Below are positions 36,501 to 48,500 of a DNA stretch of 64,000 nucleotides, in pieces (within the stretch, counting starts at the first letter, position 1; each line of letters opens with the position of its first letter). The stretch spans positions 3,588,470 to 3,652,469 of the forward strand of contig MU053933.1 in the NCBI GenBank assembly GCA_013239625.1. Direction: 5' to 3'. The notes below the pieces were generated by a model that saw nothing but the letters and a program-made list of their open reading frames with translations, ran no database searches and had not been told where the DNA came from. Position numbers and translations under genes: made by a program. Source of the stretch: Lama guanicoe (Eukaryota).

Positions 36501-39500
36501 TGAGCTTACTGTCCCTGCGTTACACCTCAAAGCTGGTTTTCAGTTAAAACAGGATGGGGTGGGTTAAGCTGCCTGCGAGGCTCGGCTGCAGAGACTGTGT
36601 GTCCTGAAGAAGCCGCATCTCTGCTCTTGTGTGCTGCCTGCGCACCTGTGCACCTGCTCCCTGTGACCCAGGCCCATCCCCCTTCTCTGCAGCTCGGGCC
36701 GCACTGGTGAAGTCCCGTGACATGCACTGGTCTCTGCTGGCTCAGCGCGGTCAGAGGGACGTTAGCCTCAGCTCCCTGCGCATGCTGATTGTGGCCGACG
36801 GCGCGAACCCCTGTGAGTGAGCCCCGCGGGTCCTGCAGGCCTGGAGCCTCCAGAGGGACAGGGCCGCAGTGTCACGTGAATATAGACGCGTGACTCACGA
36901 GTGTGCCTCGGGCATGTTTGTCAGGCCTTGCACTTGAAATGGTTCTGACCCAGCTGACCAGGGTGTAGATACAAACAAGGAGCCTCCTTTGAGGTCCTGC
37001 CCTGTGGCCTTGTGCCCACCACACTGGTCAGACCACTCTGCGTGCCTGGCCGCCCCGCGTCCTCCTGGCTGGCGCCCCAGGCTCTGCACGGGGTCTGAGT
37101 GTAGCTGCTCGTGGTCCAGGGCCTGCTCAGGGCGTCCTCGGGAGCCTTGGTTTACCTTTGGTGGGATTTTCCCACAGCAGAACCCTAGACTGGGTGGGCA
37201 GGAGTTTTTTCACTGATTTAACAACTGTGTGTCACTGTTCATGCATCGAAACTGCCCTGGACCAGAGGCCGCCTTCCGTCTGATCCCCTTCCAGTGTGGC
37301 CCTGACCCCCCCGGGCTCCTAGGAAGCCCGTTGCTTGGGAGGGCACCCTGCCTTCTAGCAGCCCACCCACACTTAAACAGGGCCCCTTGTCCTGCTTCCA
37401 AAGTCCTGCAGAACTGCTGGCTGCTCTGCATCTGTACCCACACCCTCAGCGCAGCCCACCAGCTGCCGGGGGACCCCTCCCCAGGCCGGCCCCCCACAGA
37501 CCTCAGACCCCCGCCACGCAGCGGGCCCATCGTTACCTGTAGCGTTGAGTGGTCTGGATTATCCTGTTTGTCCTGTGGTGTGCCCCATGCCCAGCGGAGG
37601 CTGGACGCAAGGACCTGTGACAGGTCCTCTCCTCTCCTCTCCTGGGGCCTCGCTGCGGATACGGGCTGCAGGTCGTGGTGCAGGTGATTCAGGCCCTTAG
37701 CAGCCAGCACCCAGCCTCATGGGAGCCGAGTTTTCATATCCCTGGCACCTTGACTGAGGCCACTTGGCAGACTGTGCATCTCTGAGGCATGTCTGGGGGA
37801 GGGTGGGCATGTGCACCTGGGCCTGTGCTGTGAAAGGTTCAGCTCTGGCTCCGTAAATGCCCTCGGTCACCTCCCACTTGGCCCTACGAGGTGATGCGGC
37901 GGGGCTGGCCCTGCATAGATCTCAGACACAACACAGGGGTTTCTTTACTGGTGATTTGAAAATGCAGCTCGTTTCTTGTGGAAACGGCCCCACCCCCTCC
38001 CCACAGGACTTTGCTGGGATACCTGTGAGGTGGAAGGGGTGCCACCTCCAGGCTTGGCATCGGGCATCCTTCCAAGCTGTGTGCCCGTCAGCCTTCCACT
38101 TACCTCGTGTCCCCCTCTCTGTTTCACGCAGGGTCCATATCCTCCTGTGACGCATTCCTCAATGTCTTCCAGTCCAGAGGACTGAGGCCAGAGGTCATCT
38201 GTCCTTGTGCCAGTTCTCCGGAGGCACTCACGGTTGCCATCCGCAGGTAGCTGACCACTTGCTCTGTCTTGGAGACACTTAACGCTTCCTCATTCAGCTG
38301 AGTCACCTGTGGTAGCAAATTTGGATCATTTGTTCCTGAGCAGTAGAAATCGTGAGCAGTGCTCGCCCCAGGCGGGTCTCCCAGGCCCGTCTGTGCTGCG
38401 ATGGGGCAGCCCTGGGCAGGTGCCACACTCCACACCGTGTTGGCTGCACACCCCACACCAGCCTGGGTTTGTGGCGTGAGATGGATAGCAGTTTCCTGGG
38501 CGATAATGTCTAGATTCTTGCGACACACAGGCTGTTTTCCCGTGTGCTTCTCAGGTCAGGAAGGCTTGTGTCCCACAGGGAACATTGCAGCCCAGGACTC
38601 GCCCCTGTTCTACGGTGGGGTGGCCAGCATCCAACGCCCATCAGCCGTGGATGGGGGTCCATACCTGCAGAACCCTTAACCTCCCCAGAGAAGCCGCCGG
38701 GCCCCGCCGCCCCCAGGCTGTGTTCTCTTTGTGCTCCTCTGTTTGAAGGTGGACAGCGGGGTTGGGAGGCCTCGGAGGGCAGCCTTGTGCTCCTTCCTCG
38801 CCCCCGTATCGCTCCCCAGGCCCCTGCAGTAGTGCCCTCTGCTCACCTTCCTGCCCGGGTCACCTCTGTGCCCACCTCATCCCATCCTGGGGTAGAGGGT
38901 AGCTGAGGTGACTTCGTGTTGACTTTCTACCCTCAATTTAGTTGTTAGGAAATTAGTCTCAGCTGTAGTCTTGTGTTACGTTCATGTATTTGTAAATAGT
39001 AGTAAGTAATCCTAAAATTTCAATAATGAATAGCACTCAAAAGAACATCTGTATCCTTCACAGACCGTAAGGCATTTTCATTCCTTTATCTGTGGTGCTT
39101 TCTTTTGCTTGACAGTGTAAGTTTTTCTCACTGGAGACTATACAACACCCCAGTTAGTGCTGATGTGTAACAAGCCACACCCAAGCTCGGTGCCTGGAAA
39201 CAGCAGCAGTTACTTTATTTCCTCTCATGCCCTCCGCGGTCGGGCCTTGGAGGGGCTGCACTGGGCAGTTCTGGCTTGCAGTTGGATGGGCTCCAGGCTG
39301 ATGGGGCTGGGTAGCTGCCACCGTCCTCCCTGCGTGCAGTCTCGGGCCAGACTCCAGCCTTGGGGTGCCCGTCTGTTAATCCGGTTCTGTTTCCAGGCCA
39401 CCCGACCTGGGAGGCCCTCCTCCCAGAAGAGCTGTGCTGTCCATGAGTGGCCTCAGTCATGGGGTGATCAGGGTGGACGCAGAAGAGAAGCTGTCGGTCC

Positions 39501-42500
39501 TGACCGTTCAAGACGTCGGTCAGGTGATGCCAGGAGGTAAGGTTGCAGCTGGAGAGCTTCCTTGTCCTGTGGTCGAGTGACCCAGCCACGACTCAGGAAG
39601 TGCACAGATCCTGCACATGTTAAAGTGGTTCCACGTGGAAACTGGGATGTTAATTTGTAACATATTTTTTTCAGTTTTTGCCTCCCTTTATATCAAGTTT
39701 AAAGTTGTGCTAAAGTACTGTGGGATGTTTTTCTGGCCTGTGAACCAGCCCTGGTTCTCTGGTGTTTGGGAGACAGTGACGGAGCTTGCAGGGCGCCAGG
39801 CCGTCTTCATGCCTCACCCACGTCTGCCGATGACCCAGTTCTTAGGCTGCCTCGTATGTCCGAGCAAGGACGTCTTAAGTGAGTGGCCTGGCACTGAAGA
39901 CTCCCAGGAGCGCCTGTGGTTCCAGAAGGGCCCTGCGGGCCTGAAGGACACCCGCGCTGTGGGCTTTCTGCCTCCTGCGGCAGTGAGTGAGGCAGGGTGA
40001 GGGCGCCATCTCCCTGCAGGTCTCCTGTGGGTGCTTGCACACGTGGTGACATACATGCAGTGTCATGGGGAGAAGGAGGAGCAGAGCCCGACCTGGGAGG
40101 CCCCGTGGCAGTTGTGAGTGGGGTGCGCCCTGCTTGCTCTGTGCTCTGAGATACCCTCTCCCCATGGTGACCCCATGGCAGCTCCAGCTCCCCTCCTACC
40201 CACGCTGGCCCTGCTGGGGTCCCGGCTGCTGTCTGGACCCACCAGATGACCTCCGGAGGCCGGCTCCCTGCTCTGCATCAGTCTCCCCGCCCAGCACTGC
40301 TAGTGGTGCAGGCTCCCAGGCCCTGGCCCTGTGTCTGCAGCCCTGCATCCCCCAGGTGCTCGTGGACACCGCGTAATCCCAGCTCAGGTACAGGGCAGGA
40401 ACCAGAGGGACAGCCTCAGGTCGGCTGTCTGACTCTGTGTGTGCAGAGGTCACGACACTTAGAATAAGACTGGACATATACATTTATTTCTAGCTCCACT
40501 CTTTTAGAAACATGAGTTCTCTTTTTTTCCCTTTGTGTAAGTCTACCAAAAATAAGGACTCATCAGTTATGAAGAATGAACACGAGGATGAACATTTTAA
40601 GAAGAATAAAGAACGGGGTCTAATTCTTAGTTATCAGGAGGAGGGCACAGTATTTCTTTAAAAGATTGTTGGAGTATTGTAACAGGTGATTCTTTTGAAT
40701 GAAACTAAGGACTTTCATAGTAGAGCTCATTTAATTTTTTCCGTAAACGTGTGTGTGTGTGTGTGTGTATACATGGTCCCCTGGGCATGTCTGTGTGCAC
40801 ATGCTCCCCTGGTGGGTGGGGGTGTGTGTATGTGTACATGGTCCCCTGGGCATGTGTGTGTGTGCATGTGCTCTCCTGGGGGCGGTGTGTGTGTGTGTGT
40901 GCGTGCACGTGTGCACATGGTCCCCTGAGGGGATGTGTGTGCACGTACTTTCTGGGGGTGGGTGTGCACGTGCTCCCCTGGGTGTGTGTGTGTGTGTGTG
41001 TGTGTGCACGTGTGCACATGGTCCCCTGAGGGGATGTGTGTGCACGTACTTTCCGGGGGTGGGTGTGCACGTGCTCCCCTGGGGGGGGTGTGTGTGTGCA
41101 CGTGTGCTCCTGGGGGGGGGGCGTGTGTGCACGTGGTCCCCTGGGCATGTGTGTGTGCACGTGGTCTCCTGGGGGGGGTGTGTGTGCACGTGGTCCCCTG
41201 GGCATGTGTGTCTGTACCTGCTCCCGAGGGTGCGTCTGTTTGCCGCGCAGTGCAGACCTGATCTAGTGTCTTGTCTTGGCAGATGCGCTGCCTCCTGCCA
41301 TGTCAGCCCCAGGGTGTGTGATACCACGACATGCAGGGTTGGTGGGTTCTGTCTGATTGTGACTCAGGCGGGGTCTCTGTTTTGTGTGAGTGCACGTGAG
41401 CATGTGTACCTGGGGGCAGGTGCACTGTAGCCCCACCCTCCACTCACTACCCCTCTGACCCTCCGCTGAAGCTTCCATCTGAGTTGCAAGTCCTCAGACA
41501 CAGCTGACCAGTTGCCCTCATCCTCTTTCCTCGCTGCGTCTCTGAGACAGAACTCACCAGGAAACCTCAGGCAGAGGCGAGGGAAGGAGTGCGTCCAGGA
41601 CTGCAGGTTGTTCTGTTTGTCCCTGAGGGTCTGAGTTCTGTTTAGGGCCACTGTGCGTTCTGGTGTGTGTGTTGCTCTTGTCAGGGCCTTTCTGGATGCC
41701 TGCTCTGTGGCCCGGTCGGTGGCCAGGGCTGTAGTGACCAGATGGGCAAGGTCCCCAGAGCTGAGAGGCAGGGCCACAGGCAGCAGCATCCTTCAGGGTG
41801 CTGCTTGGTGAAGACAGAAGGGGCCATGGGAGGGGCCACAGAAAGGCCTGCGTGATGGGACTAGCCCACGGCCCGGAGAGGGGTCCACCAGGCTCTGGGG
41901 CAGGAGCTGGCCTCGAAGGCAATGGTGTGAGGTAGTGGCCATCTCCCGGGGGTTCAGGAGGGCGTGCAGGGAAGGAACCATGGAGTCTGCGTGTCTGAGA
42001 GCCCTTCCCGGCCGCCGTGCTTCCTGTGTGGAGGAGGCTTCCTCCACGGACCATATGAGACACACAGGCTGTGACTAGAGGGTGTGAGGTATCTGTGCCA
42101 TGAAATACCCGTAACGTTTCTGCTCTGCAGATACCGAGCAAGCAGATCGTTGTGAGTGATCCTTCTGAACGCATTCTTCATGACTTTGAGGGTTTTCTCT
42201 TTCTAGCTAATGTCTGTGTTGTGAAGGTGGAAGGTACCCCTTATCTTTGTAAAACTGATGAAGTTGGAGAAATATGTGTCAGCTCCAGTGCAACTGCTGC
42301 AGCGTACTACGGTCTGCTTGGAATCACGAAGAACGTCTTTGAGGTCCGTACCTCGTTCCGATTCTGCAAGCAGAATCAAGCTTGCAGCTGCAGTGCAGGG
42401 GGTAGGCGAGGTGTGTGGGGAGAGGGCAGCCCTCCGCCTCCGCGGTGCCCACACTGCCGCGTCAGCGCTAAGCAGGTGCCCTCAGGCCTGGCGGGTTGAG

Positions 42501-45500
42501 GTTGGCCCAGGGCAGCTGGCACTCTGCGTGCTGGAGTTGGGTTGTCCAGAGAGCCCAGCACGCGCCCATTCCTCTGGGCCAGGCGTCGGGATCGGGGGAG
42601 GCGCATAGGCCACGAGGGCCGTGCAGGGCCCAGGTGCCCAGCGGGCCTCGCAGGGGCAGGGACTCTGGCCCCGCGGAGCCTCTTCCCCACCAGGGCAGCG
42701 AGTGACAGCCCATCTGAGGGGCCACACCCAGTGCAGGCAGCCCCTGTCTGCCTGCCAGTTGACTGATTCCCCATGGGCCACGGCTGACCTTAGCCCCCCA
42801 ACTCTGTGCAGACGGTCCCGGTGACTGCTGGGGGAGCACCCGTCTCCGACAGGCCTTTCACCAGGACGGGGCTGCTGGGCTTCATTGGGCCTGTGAGTAT
42901 GTCCCGCTGCCAGGGCCCGGGCCTCCAGTTGGGCGCACGGCCGGGGGAGGGGTGCTGCCGGCATCCAGTGGCATCTGGAGACCCGGGATGCAGTTCTCTC
43001 AGACGCCACTGATGCGAGTTTGGGATCCTGGCCCTTGGCCCAGCAGCATTAGGTCCTTTGCAGACTTCACCCACAGCTGTAGTCCATATTCCCACCCCTG
43101 GCCCTTCTTGTGCTGACCCCTTCCCTGGGTGCCCCCTTGCTCCCACTCCACCCCACCAGGCTGTCAGACCCCTTCACCATGGTCGCCCCGCCCTGGGTTT
43201 CCCCATCCCCGTCACCGAGTCTCTAGGTCTCCATGTGCCATCAGAGCCTGCAGCAGGGTCTGAGCCCTGACCGCACCCTTGTCCTCAGGATGACCTGGTC
43301 TTTGTCGTGGGCAAGCTGGACGGGCTGATGGTGGTGGGAGTTCGCAGACACAATGCAGACGACATTGTAGCCACTGCGCTGGCCGTGGAGCCCATGAAGT
43401 TTGTCTACAGAGGCAGGTGATGCACTGTGGGTCCCCGTGCTATGCCTTTAGATTCTCCTCTGCTGAACATTCAGGAGGTCTCCTGTGGTGGAAGGACAGC
43501 CCAGTGATATGAATACACTAAGCATTTCTGTTCGTCAGAGAAACTTCACAAAGAAAAGGGTGGTGTTTGGAGGAAGGATGCCAGAATCAGTGTCCTCAGT
43601 GTCCACAGAGCTCAGCTGGTTCCTTAGGAGGGTGAGATTCAAAGCTGAGACCAGGCACAGGTGCCATGGAATGAGTGGTGTGGCGAGGGCAGGCGCTGCC
43701 CAGCATCCCGATACCCAGAGGTGCGGCTGGGACAGAGAGCACCGTCTTCTCTGAAGTCACCAAGGTTTAACGAGACCTTGCTCCTGGGCCACCTTTTCTG
43801 AACATGGTCGGCAAGCACTTTAAAGTTTCTAATTTCCGTAGAGCAAATAAAGGGGCCCCTGGCCCAGGCCCCAGGGCAGCTGGAGGGAGGAGGGGGCCCT
43901 GTCCAGTTGGTCTGGCTCCAAAGCTCTTTGTCCTGGAGGGAGTAGCTCCTCCTCCTAGTTGGTCCACTCGGCCGACTGCATTTCTTAAATTTATTTTTCT
44001 TAAGGGGGTGCTTTTATTGCTCAGACCAGGGTGCCTGGGAGCTTGTCCGGAGCCTTCCTTAAGAGTATACCTTAAAGAAACCAGGGAATTTGGCCCGTGG
44101 TGGGTCAGCACAGTCAGGGTGAGGGTGTGGGTGGCTGTTTAGGAGAAGCCAGCCGGCAGGCCTGCGGTGTGAACCCTGCAGCCTGGATTGGGGACGTGGG
44201 ACTCAGCAGAAACCGGGGCACTGTTGGCGCAGGTGTCCACTGGGGACTGCCTCCTCACCTGGCCACCAGAACAAATAGCACCTGGGGGTGAAGGGCTCTC
44301 CTTGATGAGGCAGTTAGGGTGGGGACGGGTGGCTCGACCAGGGAGGAGCTGTGCACAGGAAGTGGAGCCTGCCTCGCAGCAGGAAGTAATACCAGACATC
44401 GTGGTAACAAGACGGTCGTCTCATAGATGGAGTAAGTGTAGGGCAGACAGCGGGAAAGTGAGCTGGTTCTCTGGGAAGCCAGGCTGAGACGCTACTGCAG
44501 AAGTAAAGCAGCAGAGTAACAGACGGAGTAAGAGAAGTGGGCGAGAAGGGCTGGCACCCAGACAGCAGACCCAGAGAGGAGGGTCCGCAGGGTGGGGTCT
44601 CCCAGCCTCGTACGCCTGCTGGGACGAGGAGGACGCAGTGCAAGAACGTTTTTAGGTTTTTCAAAGGAACTTCTAGACTTTATGTCCACCCCAAATTGTC
44701 ACTTGACAATGCAGTTGTAATAGAGATGCTTTGGATGTGTTAAGTTTCTGAAGTTTTGTCTCAGGAAACTGTTTTTGTGAGAACACTTTCAGGTGAGGTA
44801 CTAAGAGAAACAAGATGTATGAAAGTAAGGAAGTTTTAAAACTGGGTAAAGTGCTGCATAAAAGTGTGGTGCACGTGCAGGCCTGTCCCCGCGCGCAAGG
44901 GGTGTGCCTAACAGCCCGGGGCTGGACCAGCAGATGTACAGGCTGGTTGGGGACACAGTGCTCGACTTTCGGGGGTGGGGTCAGCACAGAGTCTAAGGGA
45001 GGAAGGGAGATAGTGGAGAAACAGGTCCGCTTCCCTGTCACAGACACAGCAGATCCGCTCACTGGGAGAGACTTAATCAGTTGGACTGAAAATGTGTAGT
45101 AACTAGAACCTCTCCACGAAGATTCTTGCACAAAGAGGCGTCTTGGGAAAGAGGGGATGTCCCTTTGCAGGACACCAGCTGCTTCCCCACCTCTTTCTTC
45201 TGTTTAGCATTGGTGGGGAAGTGGGGCACAGAGCTGCATGGCTGCCCACCAGCCCACGGCTTCATGACACGAGGCATCTGCGCCTGGGCTGCCTGGGCGC
45301 CATCCCTATCCCCAGGGTGGCGGTGTTCTCTGTGCCGGTGCTGCGCGAAGACCGGATTGTGCTGGTGGCAGAGCAGCGGCCCGACGCCTCCGAGGAGGAC
45401 AGCTTCCGGTGGATGAGCCGCGTGCTGCAGGTGCGAGGCGGGGATGGAGGTGCTGCCCAGGGCCCCTGTGCCCTTCAGCTTGTGGGGAGGTCAGAGGTGT

Positions 45501-48500
45501 GGCCTGGGCCCTCTGCCTGCCGTCACGTCCCTGAGCTGTGTGCTGCCCCTCCTGCCCTTCCTTCACATCCTGAACCCTGAACCAGTCTCTGCGCGTTCTC
45601 CTGGGCGGGGCGGGATGAAATTCAGGTTCAAGGAGGAGCACAAACCTTGGACTTGCCTCTTGGGGAGGATCTACCAGCCAACCTTCCTGAATGTAACCCA
45701 CACGCACAGTGAGCTGGTTTTCAGGTGCGTGGGGTGGCAGGTCTGACAGATGGGTCACCCTGTAGTGGCTGGAAGAGCACCCTGCCCCCAACGCACCGCT
45801 GGTCTGTAGGTAGGCTGCCGCTCCCGTGGTGGTGGGTGGACCCGTGGCCCTTTCCCCTATGGCCAAGCTGTGTTCCTTTGCTTTTCTGTTCCCGTCTTGG
45901 TGGACAGTGGGGCAAATTTCTGGCAGTGGGGGTAAAGCTGCTGTGGACAAGCAATGAAGTCTAGTCTTGGCCTCTTTTCAGAGAAGCCACTGCTGTCCCA
46001 ACATGTGCAGGTCGGTTGTAGAGGGTTCAGGGCCCCATCCTCCCTGGAGGGGACCTGTCTGAGGCGGCTGAGGTCCAGTGGGCCCGGGTTCGCCCTGTCA
46101 GCGAGGCCAGGCCTGAGCCTCAGAGATCACTTTTCTAATATTTACTTTTGTTTTTAATAAAAATATTAGTGTTTTATTGTGGAATATTTCTGATGAACTA
46201 AACATACGAAGAAGAGTGTAACAGCTCTCGCATTTCCTGCCTCCTGCTTCACTGGCTATCAGGCCAGATCCTGCCTGCACCCCGCCTGCCCCTCCTTCTC
46301 CCTCAGGAGTGTTCTGAAACAGGTCCCAACACCACAGGTTTTATCTGCAAATTGTAGTATCTGTTTCTTTAGAAAAGACATACCAGCGTCACATCTTAAA
46401 ACAATAACTTTTTAAAAATTTTAAGCTGTAATTGACACTATATTAGTTTTAGGTATAACAATGATCAGATGTCTGTTCTACACTGAAATAATCACAGTAA
46501 GTCTAGTTAACATCCATCAACACATGTTACAGAATTTTTTTCTTGCGATGAAAACTTAAAATCTACTCTGATCAGCTTTCAAGTACGCAATATTCAGTAG
46601 TATTAACTGTGGTCACCCTGCTGTATATCACATCCCCAGAATTCATTCATCTCATAACTGGACATCATGCCTTTTGACCCCTTCACCCATTTCTCCCACC
46701 TCCAGTCCAGCCTCTGGCAGCTACCAGTCTGTTCTGTCTGTGAGCTGTTTCTTGGTTTTTAGATTCCTCATGTGAGAGATCATACGGTATTTGTCTTTCT
46801 CCATCTGATTTACGTCACTTTGCATAATGTCCTCAAGGTTCATCCATGTTGTTGCGAACGGCAAGCTTTTATTCTTCTTTATGGCTGAGAAGTATTCCCT
46901 TGTATAAATATACCACATTTTCTTTATCCAGTTATCTGTTGATGGACACTTAGGTGGTTCTGTATCTTGGCAATTGTAAATAACACTGTAATGAACATTG
47001 GGGTGCATGTGTTTTTTTGAGTTAGTGTTTTCATTTTCTTTGGATAAATACCAAGAAATAGAATTGCTGGGTCATATGGTGGTTCTATTTTCAATTGTTT
47101 AAGGAACTGCCATATTGTTTCTTTCTGGCTGCACCAGCTTACATTCCCACCAACAGTGCATGAGGGTTCCTGCTTTTCCGCATCCTCACTGACACTTGTT
47201 ATTTCTTGTCTTTTTAATGATGGCCCTTCTGACAGGTGTGTGGTCCATCTCATGGTGGTTTTGATGTCCCTGATGATTACTGATGTTGAGCATCTTGTCC
47301 TGTGTCTGTTGGCCATCTGTATGTCTTCTTTGGAAAAATATCCGGGTCTTCTGCCCATTTATAATTGCTTTATTTAGGTTTTTTTGCTATTGAGTTGTAT
47401 GAGTTTATAGATGTATAATATGCAGATATTTTCTCTCATTGGGTATGTTGCCTTTTCATTTTGCTGATGGTTTCCTTTGCTGTGCAGGAGCCTTTTGGTT
47501 TGATGTTGTCCCACTTGTCTACTTTTGCTTTTGTTGCCTTTGCTTTTGGGATCAAATCCAAAACATTATCACCAAGACTAATGTCAAGGAGTTTACCGTA
47601 GCCTGTGTTTTCTTCTAGGAGTTTTATGGTTTCAGGTCTTATATTAAGTCTTTATTTTGAGTTAGTTTTTGTGTGGTGTCAGATGGTGTTCACTGTTGTA
47701 CTTTTGTGTGTGGCTGTCCAGTTTCCCCAACACCATTTATTGAGCTGTCTTTCACTGTTGTATGTTTTTGCCTCCTTTGTTGTAAATTAAGTGACCACAT
47801 ATATGTGGGTTCATTTCTGGACTGTCTGTTCTGCTCCATTGATCTACGCATCTGTTTTTGTGCCAGTACCACAAATTTGATTACTGTAGCTTTCAGATTT
47901 TGATTACTGTAGCTTTATGTTTTGATTACTGTAGTTTTATAATGCCTTAACTCAGGGAGCATGATACCTCCAGCTTTGTACTTCTTCCTCCAGATTGCTT
48001 TGACAATTCAGGGTCTTTTGTGGTTCCCTACAAATGTTAGGATTGTTTGTTCTATTTTTGTGAAAAATGTCATGGGTATTTTGATAGGGATTGCATTAAA
48101 TCTGCAGATGGCTTTGGGTAATATGGACATTTTAACAATATTAATTCTGCATCAAAAAGAATAAAATATTTAGGAATAAACTTACCTAAGGAGACAAGAG
48201 ACCTGTACTCTGAAAACCATAAGATGCTGATGAAAGAAATTGAAGATGACACAAACGGATGGAAAGATACACTGTTCTCTTGGATTGGAAGAATCGGTAT
48301 TGTTAAAATGGCCCCGCTACCCAAGGCAGTCTACAGCTTTAGCTCAATCTGTAGCAAATTACCAGTGACATTTTTCACAGAACTGGAACAAACAATGTTA
48401 AAATTTCTGTGGAAACACACAAGACCCTGAATAGCCAAAACACTCTTGAGAAAGAAGAGAAGCTGCCCTCCGGGTCCCCAGACAAGTTCAGAGGACATGG

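Noticed and set aside
40749..41212. Repeat-spacer look reminiscent of a CRISPR array
   Set aside because: The 'spacers' are low-complexity GT/G runs, the DNA is mammalian intron, and there are no cas genes.
40705..41430. His/Thr-rich and Cys/Val-rich ORFs on both strands
   Set aside because: These are translations of the (GT)n minisatellite.
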